Source: Callorhinchus milii (taxonomy: Eukaryota). Taken from it: a DNA stretch of 64,000 bases. Below are positions 37,089 through 50,998 of this stretch, piece by piece (within the stretch, counting starts at the first letter, position 1; the number at the start of each line of letters is the position of its first letter). Made by a program: the position numbers and the translations under genes. The DNA lies in NCBI RefSeq assembly GCF_018977255.1, contig NW_024704778.1:1-64000 (forward strand). Direction: 5' to 3'. The notes beneath the pieces are model-generated. The model was given only the letters and a program-made list of their open reading frames with translations, had not been told where the DNA came from and did not search any database.

Positions 37089-39664
37089 CAATGTTTATCT
37101 TGCTGCCAGACTATTTTCCTAGCCTGAAAATAAAACCATCCGATAAAAACGGGTCCCAAACTTACAAGTTCTTATACGCCTTTAAACCAAAAAACAAATC
37201 CCATAAGTATACACAGCTTGTGTTTAATTACCTGATGTTGCACACACAGACTCCCCAGCAGTCGCTTCCTTTTTCTGTAAGTGCTTTTCACATGACAGGA
37301 AAAGGCTCTGTGTTTTGTTTGATTAGCATTTGGTTTCACCAATCCCTTTTTGGTTGCTGCTTCCTTAGCAACGCGACCACAATGATCGTTGCTATGTTGG
37401 CTTTTCTCTTTTTTGTATTAATATAGCAAAACAATATCAAGTAATAATTAATAATATAACATAATATATAGAGAAATAATTAATGATATAAAATGTAGTA
37501 CAAAGGAATCATTAATTATTTTAAAATAGTGTAAAGTATAACTATTGTTAATAATATTTTAAAAAATCAAGTAAGAATCCCTCCAAGAGGGATAAAGTTT
37601 GATCACTCGATCCATAACTGTTTGTGGTATACTGCTATGCACAATTGACTGCTGTATTTCGCCCACAAAAAAATAATATTAAGTACTAATTAATATAAAA
37701 AATCATATAAAGTAATGATCCCTCCAAAAAATAAATAAAATACAAATTAATAATGATTTGGTCACTCAATCCACGACTGTTTGTGGGACACTGCTGTGTG
37801 CAATTGGCTGGCGTGTTTCGCCCACAAATTACACACTGCACGATACAGTATATTCTGTGAGGTGCTTTGAGATGTCTCTACGACGTAATAAGGAGCTGTA
37901 TCAAACGCAAGGATTACAATTATTTATTATAAATCAATGTCAATCCAAAACCAGCTATGAGATGCTGCTTCCTGATAATATTTTCAGTGATTTTATTTCG
38001 CCTCCTTCGTGGTTCTGACATTTGCGGTGCAATATTTCAAAAATGAGTTAGTGAGAAGAGGACGCTGTGTGTAATAACGAGGTAATGAATATGTACTGAG
38101 CGTTTATATTGCTCTGGTTTTAATGTGCATTGCCTTGTGCCTGGAAGAGTACATTTCCATTTATATTGAAAATAGATTTACACGTGTTAATTTTATAGCC
38201 CGGGTCTAATGGCATCTAATCATTACAGTTTTGTGACAGCTTGGCTCACTCTCGTTTCTGGAAGGCTCTGGGTTCAAGCCCTCTGCTGGAACCTTAGGCA
38301 GATTTAAAGTTTAGGCAAGTTTTCTTACTCCACATACATGCGTCTTTTACCTAACAGTAAGTAGGGACCCGCTTGCTAGTCGATTAGCGGATCACTTTTC
38401 CGGGGGTAATAATGCCTTCAAAAAAATAATAATAACAATAGTTTGGTCACTCAATCCACGACATTTTGTGGTACACTACTGTGTGCAATTAGCTGCTGCG
38501 TTTTGTCCACAAAAGATACAGTCACTCCACTTTACAGTGTATTCTGTGATGCGCTTTGAGAGGTCTCGGAGACGTGATAAGGCGCTATGTCAAACACAAG
38601 GACTATTGTTACTATCAAATCTGCATTCTGCAAGATTCGCTTCTGTGTTGAGAGTGCCTCTACTTCGCTCTCCTTTTGACACCTCAGTTCACAAGCGTGG
38701 GAGGAAAGCGGAGAGAAAGAGCATTCAACATGTAGGATAAACAATACTAGAAAGTAACATGGTTCGTTTAACTATTAGGGAAGCAATTAGTAATTTTGTT
38801 AAATTACCAATGATTAAATTCAGATTGGACAACCGCCTTTTAAAACTTACAAATTCATTATGATGTGGATTTTTGTTCTTGGCAGAGAGGGTTTCACATA
38901 AATGCCTGCAAAGTGATTTGTAATTGTATTAAACTGCACTTAACGAAACAGAGAAGAAGAGCAGTTTCCTCTTAAACTTGTAGAATTATTTGTATCGCTT
39001 TCTAATAATCAATGTTTGCACAGCAGGAAGCATTTCACTTATAAATTAATATACCATCGACAAAATTGCTTAGGGCATTTCATATTCCATTTGCTGCATC
39101 TTTCAAATCTGATTTGCTATTTTACGAGGTGATAATAATTGATAACAATAATTGACTGCTGCTTTTCTACGCAAAATATACAGTCACTACACTTTACAGC
39201 ATATTAGAATCATAGAATTAGACAGCACAGGAGGAGGACACTTCAGCCCATTGTGTCCATGCCGGCTCTTTAAAAGAGCTATCCAAATTAATCTCTGTGG
39301 GAGATTCCGTGAAGCGCTTTTAGACGTCGCAATAAGGCCCTATATCAAATACAAGGATTATTATTATTATAATTGGTGAAATCTGTCTCAATTAACAGGC
39401 ACAACGATTTTGAGTCCAAATTTCTAATTAAGACGGTTGGGATTTTGATTGTTGACGATCCTTGAAAATATGATATCCCAATCCAATAATTAGATGGTCT
39501 GCCAGGACACACTGCCAAGCTTCAGTGCCAGATATAGGAGGTTGGTAATCTGTGAACATGACATTTATAGCCATAATCATTGCTGAAAAAGTGGTTGAAA
39601 GCCCAGTCACAATTTATGTGGTTGTCTCCCCCTCTCTTTAACTTGCTCCCATTTTGTTTCCCAG

Positions 39665-39781
39665 TGGAAAAGCTTAAAAACCCAGAGTCCAAGTACAAGA
39701 AGGACGATATTCTGAATGGGAAGGTCTCGCTCTTTCAGGGGGACATCACCAAACTGGAAATTGATGCCATTGTCAACGCAG
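39665..39781 (+). CDS. MACROD1: MACROD1 (mono-ADP-ribosylhydrolase) internal exon beginning the macro domain
   Basis: tttcccag|TG GAA AAG...AAC GCA G|gtcagt, 117 nt, encoding (V)EKLKNPESKYKKDDILNGKVSLFQGDITKLEIDAIVNA. FLRT1 lies antisense in the following intron, the known MACROD1/FLRT1 arrangement (MACROD2 hosts FLRT3). Confidence 0.88.
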
Positions 39782-39877
39782 GTCAGTACGGTGGCAAAAC
39801 TACATCTGTAGTAACTTTCCCTCATTCAACAAACCACTCTATGTACCACTGAGATACACAGTCCTTCACATTACCCT

Positions 39878-40100
39878 CATAGAATCCATAGAATCTTACA
39901 GCACCGAAGGAGGCCATTCAAGCCATCGTGCCTGTACGCGGCTCTTTGGAAGAGCTACCCAATCAGTCCCACTCCCCCGCTCTTTCTTTCCACCTATCCC
40001 CGTAAGTTTTTCCTTTTCAAGTACTTATCTAATTCCCTTTGAAAGTCGTTATTGAATCTGTTTCCAGGCAGTGCGTTCCAGACCGTAACAACTCTCTGGA
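39878..40100 (-). mobile_element. CR1-type LINE 3' fragment
   Basis: CATAGAATCCATAGAATCTTACAGCACCGAAGGAGGCCATTC... terminal repeat and 3' UTR typical of CR1-like elements; mirrored at ~24570-24795. Confidence 0.7.
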
Positions 40101-43100
40101 ATGTTTTTTTAAATGTCGACCAGATAACAAATAGAAATGTGGCAAGAGTGTTTCATAAAGGCTGTGATGTTTGGAGAATGATATGTACATTGTGAATGTG
40201 TGTGTGTATATATATATAATGTTGATTTTGTGAGCAATATTGTGGCCCGTTTCTGTATTTGTGGATTGACAGGTGCTGGGAATCTTGACTTAACACTAAG
40301 AAATGTTCCACTGAATACTTTTTTTTAGAGCAAAATACAGGATGGCTAAAACAAATCTCTATTCAATCTCGTCTTTTCTCTCTTGCCATGCGCTGGTACA
40401 AATGAATTTTTCATGTGTTTTGTTAATTAGATTGTGCACCAGATAATGGCATAATTAATTATTTATCAGGAAGATTATAGGTCAGAGCGGGGAGAAGAGA
40501 TTTTGTCTATTTGCTTGTGAACTATCGGGGGCTGTATTTTGCAAATAACGTTAACCTCATTAGTCCTGAGCCTAATTGCCCCACCAGTACTGTTAACCTG
40601 GTTGAGATTACTTACCTCAGATCAGACCGGAGATACAACCTGCATTGCCATTCACAAAACACTCTGACCTTCAACAGTGACTTATTGTGATTTACTATCC
40701 AAAGTGAATTTGTGGTATTTCTGCACAGTATTAAATAACAGCAACAGAAACACATGACATTTATACAGCGCCTTTCTCGTCAGGAGGACGTCCAAAGGTG
40801 CTGGACTGTCAGGTATTTGGATCCGAGCTTGTAGGTGGGTCAGGAGGTTTGGAGGGCAGGGAGGGTGGGAGAGTGACTGAAAGCACGAGCAAAGAGGAGG
40901 GCCTTGAAGGAGGAAAGGGAGGGAGTGAGGTGAAGGGACTGTGGGATGGAGTTTCAAAAATTGTCACAAAGGTTTATAGCAGAACAGATAACGGTGCAGA
41001 GGAGACTGTTTGCCCATTGAGCCTAAGTAGAGCTGGCTCGTCCACTGCAGCTAAATTCTCTAATCCTAATTCCCCGCTCTTCCTTGTACACTTTTACATT
41101 GTCGTTGCAGTCTTTTAAACGTCTTAGAACGGCTCGTAGGGCGTAGGATTTCAAACATCCGCAAATGTAAATCCTGATCACAATGTGAGAAAAATGCGTT
41201 TTACATTGTCGAGTCCCGTAGTGTATTGGTTAGAGCACTCGCCTCGCAAGCGAGAGGATCGGGGTTTGATTCCCAGGCGGGGCGAAACCTTAAGCAAGTT
41301 TCCTTACTCCGCACGCCTCTGTTTACCGAGCAGTAATCAGGGAACCCAGTTGTTAGTTGATTGGCAGATCTCTTTCCGGGAGTAATAATCCCTTTTTAAA
41401 AAATGTAGTCGCTCAATCCACGTCTGGCATGTCGCTGTGCCCAATTTTCTGCTGTGTTTCACCCACAAAATATACAATCACTCCACTTTACAGAGTATCC
41501 TGTGAAGTGCTTTGAGACGACTCAAGGATGCAAGGATTGCTATTATATTATCATTTAGTTGAAGTACTACTGACAGTCTGCTGGAGGTGCTGTTAGGTTT
41601 TATAAAAAGATTTTCATTACTCCTGCCCTGTCCATGGTTCTGTCCTCCCAATTTCAATCCATTGTAGTTGTTGAGATCACAAGTTATTCATCAATTTTAA
41701 TTTGTAAAACACTTACGGACAATTATTTTACTCGAAAGACGCCATATAAATGCTATATGAGTAGCAATCATGGAGTCCTGTAGTGTAGTGGTTAGACCAC
41801 TCGCCTCGCAAGCGAGAGGACCCGGGTTTGATTCCTGGGCAGGGCGAAACGTTGGGCAAGTTTCCTTACTCCACACGCACACGCCTCCGTTCATCTTGCA
41901 GAAAATAGGAATTCTGGAATGAATGAGCGTTCTCTCCTTGGAGGGACGCACCCTGCTTAGGAAACTGGGTCGATCGAATCATAGGAATTACAGAATTGAA
42001 GGAGGCCCTTTGACTTATTGAGCCGGAGCTGGTTTTAGCTCATTCAGTGCAGCTGTCTCTTCATTCCTAATCCTTGTAACAGTAAATCCCGCTGTATTTC
42101 TCTTGGTGTCTCAAACCCCTTTTCCTTTAAAAGTTCAGTTAAGTCGATGAAGCTTGTTCAGGTAGATGTTCAAATGAGTGGCTTTGAGATCATCCATTTT
42201 CACGAGGCTGTGGACAGGGACATCGACAGCAGTGGAAATTCCACATGTGAAATAATATCACTCTAATATGCTTTAATAACATGCTCTAGACCTGATAAGG
42301 TGCTATATCAAATGGAAGGGTTATTATTATTGAAAACAACTACAGTTCTTATATGGGCTTTTGTATTATTTGTGTTGGTGCCTGACTGCTCTCTGTAGGG
42401 CCGGTAATTGGAGTTGAGGTACTGATCAGCCGTGATCTTATAGAATGGCGGAACAAGCTCAAGGGGCTGAATGGCCTCCTCCTGGTTCTATGTTTCCATT
42501 GCTGGTGATGGCCATCACGTTGACCGTCACATTTTCATTCTCAGCATTGTTTGGGNTTTTCTTCCATGTGTCTCAACCGCACGTGTGGCGGGTGATTGAT
42601 TGTTCTGTATTGGGTTCCCTTCTGGTGTTTTTCTCTCTAATTTCCTAACTAAAATGTTTGATAAAGGGCTCCCTATGCTGACTTGCTATTAATTGTTGAA
42701 GATTAACCAGATGTGTATGATCACTGAAGCTTTAATGTTCTTGAAAGGTGATTTAACATTTTTTTAAAAATCACAATGAGTTCTTTGTCCCTTCATTAAT
42801 CTTGGCCTAAAGTGGTGGTGACGGCTGGGCAAGGTTTCAAGTGACTGAAAGTATTTTGAGAATTTCTGGTGCTTCATACTCCCAAATTAGCTCTCAGCTT
42901 TTGATTATTATATCGTGCGTTGCACCCACTTTCTCAGAAATGCCTTGTGCATGAACGTACTATTGCGTATGAGCTTCCCTTACGGTGTAATTGCTGGATG
43001 CATCCATTGCGATACTGGAGTCTTGTAGCGTAGTGGTTAGAGCACTCGCCCCTCGCAAGCGAGAGGACCTGAGTTTGGTTCGCAGGCAGGGCGACCTGTT

Positions 43101-43117
43101 GGGCAGGTTTTCTTACT

Positions 43118-43155
<38 letters not shown>

Positions 43156-44005
43156 CATAACACACATGTTTACCTAGCAGTAAGTAGGAACCCGGTTGTT
43201 AGTCGATTGGTGGATCACTTTTCTGGGGGTAATAATCCCTTCAAAAATAAATTAAAAAATAATAATATGCAAGCATTATTATTGTTATTATTGAAAACAA
43301 CTACTTTACCTATGAGGGCTTCTGTATTGGTGCCTGATTGCTCACTGTTACTATGCTTCCGTATGTCATTCTACATACATTAATAATAAGAATTAATTTT
43401 ACATATGGATACGAATGCTTAAAGTGAGCTGGTGTATGTTCAGCGGCTTGTTAAAATTCTCAAATCGTGTTTGCATAAATATTACAGAGGCAATATTGGA
43501 CAATTGCCGGAATGCAAGCAGCTTAACAGATCAAATTAAAAATACATGAGGTAGAGAGAGAGAGACGAGGCCTGACAGTAAATTGCTTTGAGATGTTTTT
43601 GGTCAAGAAGACATTATAAAAGTGCAGCTTTTCATCTCTCCCCTCTTTAAGTTGCACTTCTGTGCCACACTGAATGAGGCCGAACATAATCCACAGTCCT
43701 CTGCTAATAAGAGCCCTTATCTTATTTGCTCTGTGTTCTCAGACATTGTCAGTCTTGCAGCATAGTGGTTAGAGATGTTAGAAATGTTCTCAGACGTTCC
43801 AGCGCCTTGGGAAAGTCTTCCCGACGTGTACAAATGTAATCTTGTTGTTGTTGTTGTCCGAGAGATGCTTCACTCTCGGGTAGAATTCGGTCCCACTCCT
43901 GTCACGTTACCTGTTTGGCAGCAAAAAAGCCAACCAGGTGCTGAGAATTCCCTGCATTCCAACTACCCATGAAAATCCCAGAGATAAATTGTCGGAATGG
44001 AATGC

Positions 44006-44043
<38 letters not shown>

Positions 44044-47000
44044 GGAGGGACGCGTCCTGTTTACCTAATTCCAGAGAGTATTAGGCACAGGTTGGCAAGA
44101 GCCAAGGCTTGGGGGGGAGCCCAGAGTGTCCGTCGGGGTTAACTGCTGGAGTCTTAACCAGATATTACATTTTGAAATCACATTTGATCATGAACCCCGC
44201 AGCTCGTCTGCACGTACCAATTTTTGTAAATAATAATAATAATAATCCTCGCGTTTGATATCGCGCCTTATCACGTCTTCGAGACGTCTCAAAGCACTTC
44301 GCAGAATATACCGTAAAGTGAACTGACTTTATGTTTTTGTGCACAAAAGGCGGCCGCCAATTTACGCACTGCAGCGTTGCACAAACAGCCGTAGAGTGAG
44401 TGACCCATTTTTTTTGGAAGGAATTATTATCCCAGGAAAAGCGATCCGCCAATCAACAACAACAACAACAAGATTCCATTTATAGAGCGCCTTTCACTTC
44501 GGGAGGACGTCCCAAGGCGCTGAACAGTTGGGTCGGGACCCGAGCATTGGGGGGAAATGGTCAGGGTGAGGGGAGGGAAGGGAGGGAGCGAGGAGGGGGG
44601 TAGAGAGTCGAGAGGGGAGCTGAAGGCACAGTCAAAGAGAAAGTCCTTGAAGGAGGAAAGGGAGGAAGCAAGTCGAAGGCACTGGGGGATGGAGTTCCAG
44701 AGCCTAGGGGCTGAGAGGCTGAGGCCATCGACTAACAACCGGGTTCATGTTGACTGCTAGGTAAACAGAGGCATGTGGAGTAAGTAAGTAAACTTGCCCA
44801 ACGTTTCGCCCCGCCGGGAATCAAACCCAGGTCTCTCGCTTGCGAGGCGAGTTCTCTTAGGACTGAGCTACAGGACTCCACAGGATGAGGGTATGCAAAT
44901 AATCACACAGCAAGCCTTGTTCTTCAGATGAATCATTAAATGCTCTTTTTTTTGTGAGGCATTGTGCCTGAAATTTAATATCTCTGATTTGCCTCGCTTC
45001 ATTACTCCCCCCATCCCCCACTCCCCTTTCCCCGATAGAACGAGGTGCAGCCTTTTATCTAAATGTAAAGAAGCTGCTAATCTAAATGCGCTGGAGCGTG
45101 AATCTAATTGAACAGAAGCAGGAATCTCTGATTCACTCACAATAATAGAAGAAGAAAAGCCAAATCTCTGCATTCTCATTTAAAGCGATGACTGGGGCTT
45201 GTTCTGAGAATCAAGCTCTGGGTTAGGCTTTGCTCTTAGAGTACTCTCTGCTCTGGGAAAAGAATCATTTGAGAGATTATAAATAAAGGAATATTCACCT
45301 GTTTCCTACCTTCTAGTAATATTTCATATGACTGACCTCTATGGCAAGTGAGTTCCACACTCCAGCCTTCAAGATGGGTCCTGAGCAACAAGAAGTCCTT
45401 TCAGCCGCGTTTTATTGTGGAAAAAAGCTTCTTGTTGTCAACTGGGAAGACTCACTTGGGTGAAACCAAGTAGTGAAATGAAGCTCATCATAATAATAAT
45501 AATCGTTGTATTTGATATAGCGCCCTATTAGGCCGTTGAGATGTTTCAAAGCGCTTTACTGGATGTACTGTAGGATGTTGTGCCTGTGTATTCTGTGGGC
45601 GAAACTCGGCAGCCAATTGCGCACAGCAGTGTCCCACAAACAGTCGTGGATTGAGTGACCAAATTTATTTATTTATTGTTATTTATGAGGTCATCCATCT
45701 AGAATACCCACCCAACTGTCTTCACTTTGCAGCATCAAGCCGTTTCCTAAATAACTCCCGTGTAAGAATGACCAACCAGCAAACAGTTTTATCTTTATTT
45801 TGAAGAGAACAAGGAAATTGTCACATTCTGTATGGACGAGAAAGAAAGTCAACATTTTACAGTTGGAACACACACTCAACATTGAAATTTCAAGGCACCT
45901 ACATAGAGAGGCCGAAGGGCTTCACAATGCACTTTGGTTCTTCGACTTCTGAATATCCTCAGTTCTGTTTTAGAATTATCTTGGCCAAAAACACAGCAAG
46001 CCAACCCTAAACAACGCAATGCCGAACAGACAAAAAAAAAAAAAGGAACGATGTTTTAGCACTTCTCTATCTCTCTGACCTACTCGATACCCCCTTCACT
46101 CATCCCTCGATCCCTCCGCACCACAATCGGTGGCCATGTCTTCACCCACTACGCACTACGCTCTTAAACTCTGGAAGTACCTGCTTCAATCCCTCCGCCT
46201 TGCCCCCCTCTTTATCTTTAAATCCCACTTGAAGACTTACCTCTGTGACCGCACCTATGGTCACCTCCCCCTTGTGCCTTGCTTGCCTCTAACCCCGCCA
46301 CTGTGCAGCCCTGACACTCGATCTTGCTTGAAGGGCACGATATAAATGCAAGTTGTTGTTTAAACCAATTAAACTTCTCTCAATCGAGTGTCTCTGAAGT
46401 AAATTATTCCTCTTATATCACAAGTGCCAAGCTTCAGTGTAGCTTAAGTTGTGAAATCTCTGAAACGTCAGCACTCTCCCTCCTGAGTTACTTGAAACAA
46501 GTACACCGCCACTCGCAATGTTTGGCTCCCAGTCTAACTTCTTCCTTATCTTCCATTCCCAAATTTCAACAGATTTTCTCATGCGGGGGGGGAAAGACAA
46601 CACTTGTATAAAGAAAGAGAGAGAGAGAGAGAGAAAAAGACTTGCATTTTTATCACATCAGGATGTTACTCGCAAATGTAAACCCGCAATGTTTAGTTCA
46701 CAGCACCCATCTTAATCATTGGAGGAGAAATTTTGCGAAGGGGGGAACGGAATAGCGTTGTATTTTAGATTTGAAATTGATGATTTTAATAATATAATAA
46801 CAATAATGATCCTTGGTTTGTCATAGTGCCTTATCACGTCTTTGAGACGTCTCAAAGAGCTTCACAGAATAGACTGTGAACTGACTGTATGTGCTGTGGG
46901 CGAAATGTTGGTATGAACGTGGGCGAAATTTTGTCGTGAACACAACTTTGTTCTGTCCACTGCCATGACTGGCTCATGGTGTTATTGGCCAGATTGAGCA

Positions 47001-49045
47001 TTACATTCAGATAGATAGAAACTTAATTTACTTTACACCAAGGAGACAAGGGGATGTTGTTCTTTTCCTTGCCCTGTGAATGGCAGGGACTAAATAACAG
47101 TCTTGTTAATTGCCCACAGCACTTATTGTGGTAAATGATTGTATGACATTCTGACTAAAGAAATGGAAGTGCAGTTATCTTTGGTTTCTCTCCAATTTCC
47201 TTTTGGAAAGTGCAGTGTTTACAGCAATGATGAAAAGGAAGGGATGCTTCATAACAATAGTAATAATAATAAAAATCCTTGCATTTGATACAGCGCCTTA
47301 TCATGTCTCAAAGCGCTTCGCAGGATATACTGTAAAGTGTAGTGACTGTATATTTTGTGGGCGAAATGCACCCAGTAGTGTCCCACAAACAGTCGTGGAT
47401 TGAGTGACCAAATTATCGTTATTATTGAATTTTTTTTTTTCGAAGGGCTTATTTTACCCCCGGAAAAGCGAACAGCCAATCGACAAACACCCAGGTTTGA
47501 CACACAGAGGCGTATGTGTGGGGTAAGGAAACTTGCCCCACGTTTTGCCCTGCCCAGTCGGGAATCGAACCCGGGTCGTCTATCCTGCGACAACACTCAC
47601 CACTGAGCTGCTTGCTGCCCATACAGTACAACCATCTGCTTATCTTTCCAGGGAGTGAAGGGAGCCTTGAAAGGAAAAGCAATTAGGAACAAAATTGCGG
47701 GGAAAATATGTTTGAGGATTCCCTTCTTTGTTTTGCTTCACTTATTTCACACTATTTCGGAGCTTTTCTGCGAAAAGTATAACTTAATAGCACCCATACC
47801 TTGTATCATATCAACCTGGAGTTGAGGCATAATTAGTATTATTCACGTAATAATTATTTTTGATGTAGAAATTAATATGCGTTTTTTTGCGGAAAAAAAA
47901 AGCTTGTTGCTGTCACTTGGGGAGACTCACGTGGGTGAAATCAAGTAGTGAAGTGACGCACATAGCAGAGCTCATGATAATAACAACAGTGACTGTGTAT
48001 TTTGTGGGCGAAACGCGGCAGTCAATTGCGCACAGCAGCGTCCCACACACAGTCTTGGAGTGAGACGTCTCAGAAGAGCTTCACAGAATATACTGTAAAG
48101 TGAATTGGTACTCAATATCCTTCGAAACATTCAAATAGCCGTGCAAACGATGGATATTCTGCCACCATGTTTGACACTCATCACGTCCCAAATCGCACCG
48201 CAAAATAAACCCCGAGGATCCCTTTTCAGCAAAGATTTAGAAATAGCTGTGAAAGTCTCCATTGTTCCAGTTAATGAAGAGAGCAAACAAAACATCTGAA
48301 TTGTCCCCGTTTTTCTAATCATGTACAGAAGGGAAAGCATACGTCAACCGGGCAAATGAATCTGCTAAAAAGACAGGAAGGAAAATCATCAAAGCTGTAT
48401 GAAAAGAGGGACCTTTTTGTTTCTTTGGAAAAATATATTTTCGCCCTCATTGTATCTGAAAGGTAAAGGGAGACATCTGTGGGGTGTAAATGATAAAAAA
48501 AATAATAATAATAATCCTTGCATTTGATATAGCGCCTTATCACGTCTTCAAGACGTCTCAAAGCGCTTCACGGAATATACTGTAAAGTGAATTGACTGTA
48601 TATTTTGTGGGCGAAACGCGGCAGCCAATTGGTTTGCTTCAGGTGACCCTTTGATATTCCTTCAGTCTTTCTCAAGCATGAGACGTGTTACAATAAAGTA
48701 TGAAGGATGCTTTTATGTCAGACTCTAAAGGAGTTTGGGGTCGTTATATTGCCTCATTACTCTGTCCCAATTCTATCTAAAATGCAGGAAAAAAAATGTG
48801 GCTCGTTCACAATTAGGTAGCTGTGTTTTTTCTTTCTAATTGTCCAGCGTTTTTTTTTCCCCCTTAATATTCACTTAAGTGTATTAAATATAAATTATGT
48901 GACAAATGTACAAAATATGGTTCCCAGCATCGTCGTCTGCTGGTACTTTGTGTGTGTTTTTTTAATCCCTAAACATTTTTTTTTGTTCTGTAGTTTGGTT
49001 TGCAGTGCAGTGGATATTGGGGGGCGGGATTGGGAATCTCTCCCA

Positions 49046-50998
49046 TCACGTGTAAGAATATTCCGCGTCTGGTATCCCACCGTCTCTGTAACCGCGGTTA
49101 GTACTGAGTGCCGTACTGTGGGGGCTCTTGTAAAGATGGGTCCCGTTCGATGGGAATATGGTGTGTATTATGTAGTCCTCCTTTGGCCGCTGTTGCTGAT
49201 TGTTGAGGGGAATCATCTGAAAGCCACCCCCTCGGATCTCTAAAATGGAGTTATCTTTCTTTGTCCCTGCTTCCGCGTAATCGTCCTTCTTCCTGCAACC
49301 TCTGCTGTACGCCTGGTCCTGGGAAAACACGCTCCTGTTGTTGTTGACGTAGCAGCAGAAGGCGGCGAGGGCGACGATGAGGAAGACCAAGGCTGCTGCG
49401 CCCCCTATTATACCGGCCAGCGGAAGACTAGCTTGGTCCGATTCCTCCTGCTCCCTGTTTAACGTTGTGGTGGGACTGTACAGATCGCCCGTCTCGGCTT
49501 TCGTGCAGACTGGAGTCTCGTCGTGCGTGTAGATATTCGCGGTCTCCATCGTGACCAAACATATGATGTAGCTTGACTTGGGCTCAAGGGCTGTGAGCAG
49601 GTACTCATTCCTGTCTCCCTGTACCAGCGTTTCAGTGATGGAGCCCACCGAGGGGCTGTGGCCTAACCTCAACCAGCTGAGCCTGTAGGAGGTGACTGGT
49701 AGCTTGGTTCTCCATGTGATACGGATGCTGTCAGCGGTCAAGGGCACCACTTTGATCACCAACGACTTGGAGGTTGACCCCCCGCCCGGCAGCAGATTGT
49801 CTGCTCCCAAACCTGGAGGCTTGAAGTTCGGCTGCCTTGGTCTGTACGTGAACTGCAGTCCTTGAGTGGCCGACAATGTGTGCACGATTGGGGTCGTTTT
49901 CACCAACGCATCGCTGCCTTGCAAAGTGATTTTGAAACACTCGTCCATCTCTGCGTTGATGTCTTTGATGGCCATTCCTCGGACTTTATCTGGCCCTTGG
50001 CACATCAGCCCTCGCACGTTGACATGAAACGCAGTCGTTCTCATCCAGTCCCTAAGCCACATCATTCTGCAGCCACAGTGCCAGGGGTTATTCCGTAAGA
50101 AGAGCTGACTTAAGCTCTCCAGGTCATCAAAGACTCCTTTGGGCAAAGACGTGAGGTTATTGTTGGACATGTCCAAACGTTGGAGTTGTCGCATTTTTGC
50201 AAAGGCATTTGGCCGGATGTAGCTGATGAGGTTGTCTTGCAGGTGGAGCTTCTGCAGGTTCGAACCGGGCAGATTCGGCGGTGGGAAGACCAAAGAGTTC
50301 CTGACCAGCGAGAGCTCGCTCAGGTTCTGCAGTCGGCTAAAGGTCTCGTCGGCTATCCTTTGGTTGGCTAACAGGTTGCCATCCAGGATTAAGCGCCGCA
50401 GGTTCACCAAGCCCTTGAAGGCGTACTGGGGAATGGTGGCAATGCGGTTGTCATCCAGCCGCAACTCCTCCAGGGTCGTGGGGAGCTTGCTGGGGATGCT
50501 ACTGAGATGGTTCCTGGAGAGAAAGAGCAATCGGAGGTGTTTACTGTCGGCAAAAGCGTCTTCCTCAATGCTAACCGTGGAAACAGAGTTATCGTCCAGA
50601 TGCAACTTCTCCAACAGCGGAATCCTCGAGAGCGCATCTCTGGTGACAGCCCTGATGTTGTTGTCCTGGAGGTGAAGTTCTCTCAGAGATTTGGGCAGGT
50701 TGACGGGGAACTCATCCAACGTGTTTTGATACAGGTAGATCACCTCTATGCTCAGGAGGTGTTTCAGCTGCACGGGAATCCCGATGTTATTGATCCTGTT
50801 GTTCTGGAGGAAGAGCGTCGTGGAGTCCTCGGGGATCTTGGGGGGAATGGACATCAAGCCCCGGTCGTTGCAGTAGACAAACCCATTGTCACATCGACAC
50901 ATCGAGGGACAGCTGGCGAGGACGCTTGGCATCAGCAGCACTGGTATCACGGCCAGCAGCAGCAGGCTGCCTTCAGAACCCATGGTGTGCAACTGCAT
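49046..50998 (-). CDS. FLRT1: Leucine-rich repeat transmembrane protein FLRT1 (single coding exon, 650 aa)
   Basis: Signal peptide, [24 protein letters not shown], LRRs ([28 protein letters not shown]; [21 protein letters not shown]), LRRCT NPWHCGC, FN3, [16 protein letters not shown], tail [14 protein letters not shown]...[15 protein letters not shown]. Acceptor at ~51042; second in-frame ATG with a better Kozak context at 50983. Confidence 0.97.
   Translation of the reverse strand: MQLHTMGSEGSLLLLAVIPVLLMPSVLASCPSMCRCDNGFVYCNDRGLMSIPPKIPEDSTTLFLQNNRINNIGIPVQLKHLLSIEVIYLYQNTLDEFPVNLPKSLRELHLQDNNIRAVTRDALSRIPLLEKLHLDDNSVSTVSIEEDAFADSKHLRLLFLSRNHLSSIPSKLPTTLEELRLDDNRIATIPQYAFKGLVNLRRLILDGNLLANQRIADETFSRLQNLSELSLVRNSLVFPPPNLPGSNLQKLHLQDNLISYIRPNAFAKMRQLQRLDMSNNNLTSLPKGVFDDLESLSQLFLRNNPWHCGCRMMWLRDWMRTTAFHVNVRGLMCQGPDKVRGMAIKDINAEMDECFKITLQGSDALVKTTPIVHTLSATQGLQFTYRPRQPNFKPPGLGADNLLPGGGSTSKSLVIKVVPLTADSIRITWRTKLPVTSYRLSWLRLGHSPSVGSITETLVQGDRNEYLLTALEPKSSYIICLVTMETANIYTHDETPVCTKAETGDLYSPTTTLNREQEESDQASLPLAGIIGGAAALVFLIVALAAFCCYVNNNRSVFSQDQAYSRGCRKKDDYAEAGTKKDNSILEIRGGGFQMIPLNNQQQRPKEDYIIHTIFPSNGTHLYKSPHSTALSTNRGYRDGGIPDAEYSYT

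Larger units (their letters stand above)
36283..45503 (+). repeat. Segment B of 9.2-kb inverted duplication (contiguous with the FLRT1 region)
   Basis: Reverse complement of 19193-28386. Confidence 0.95.
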
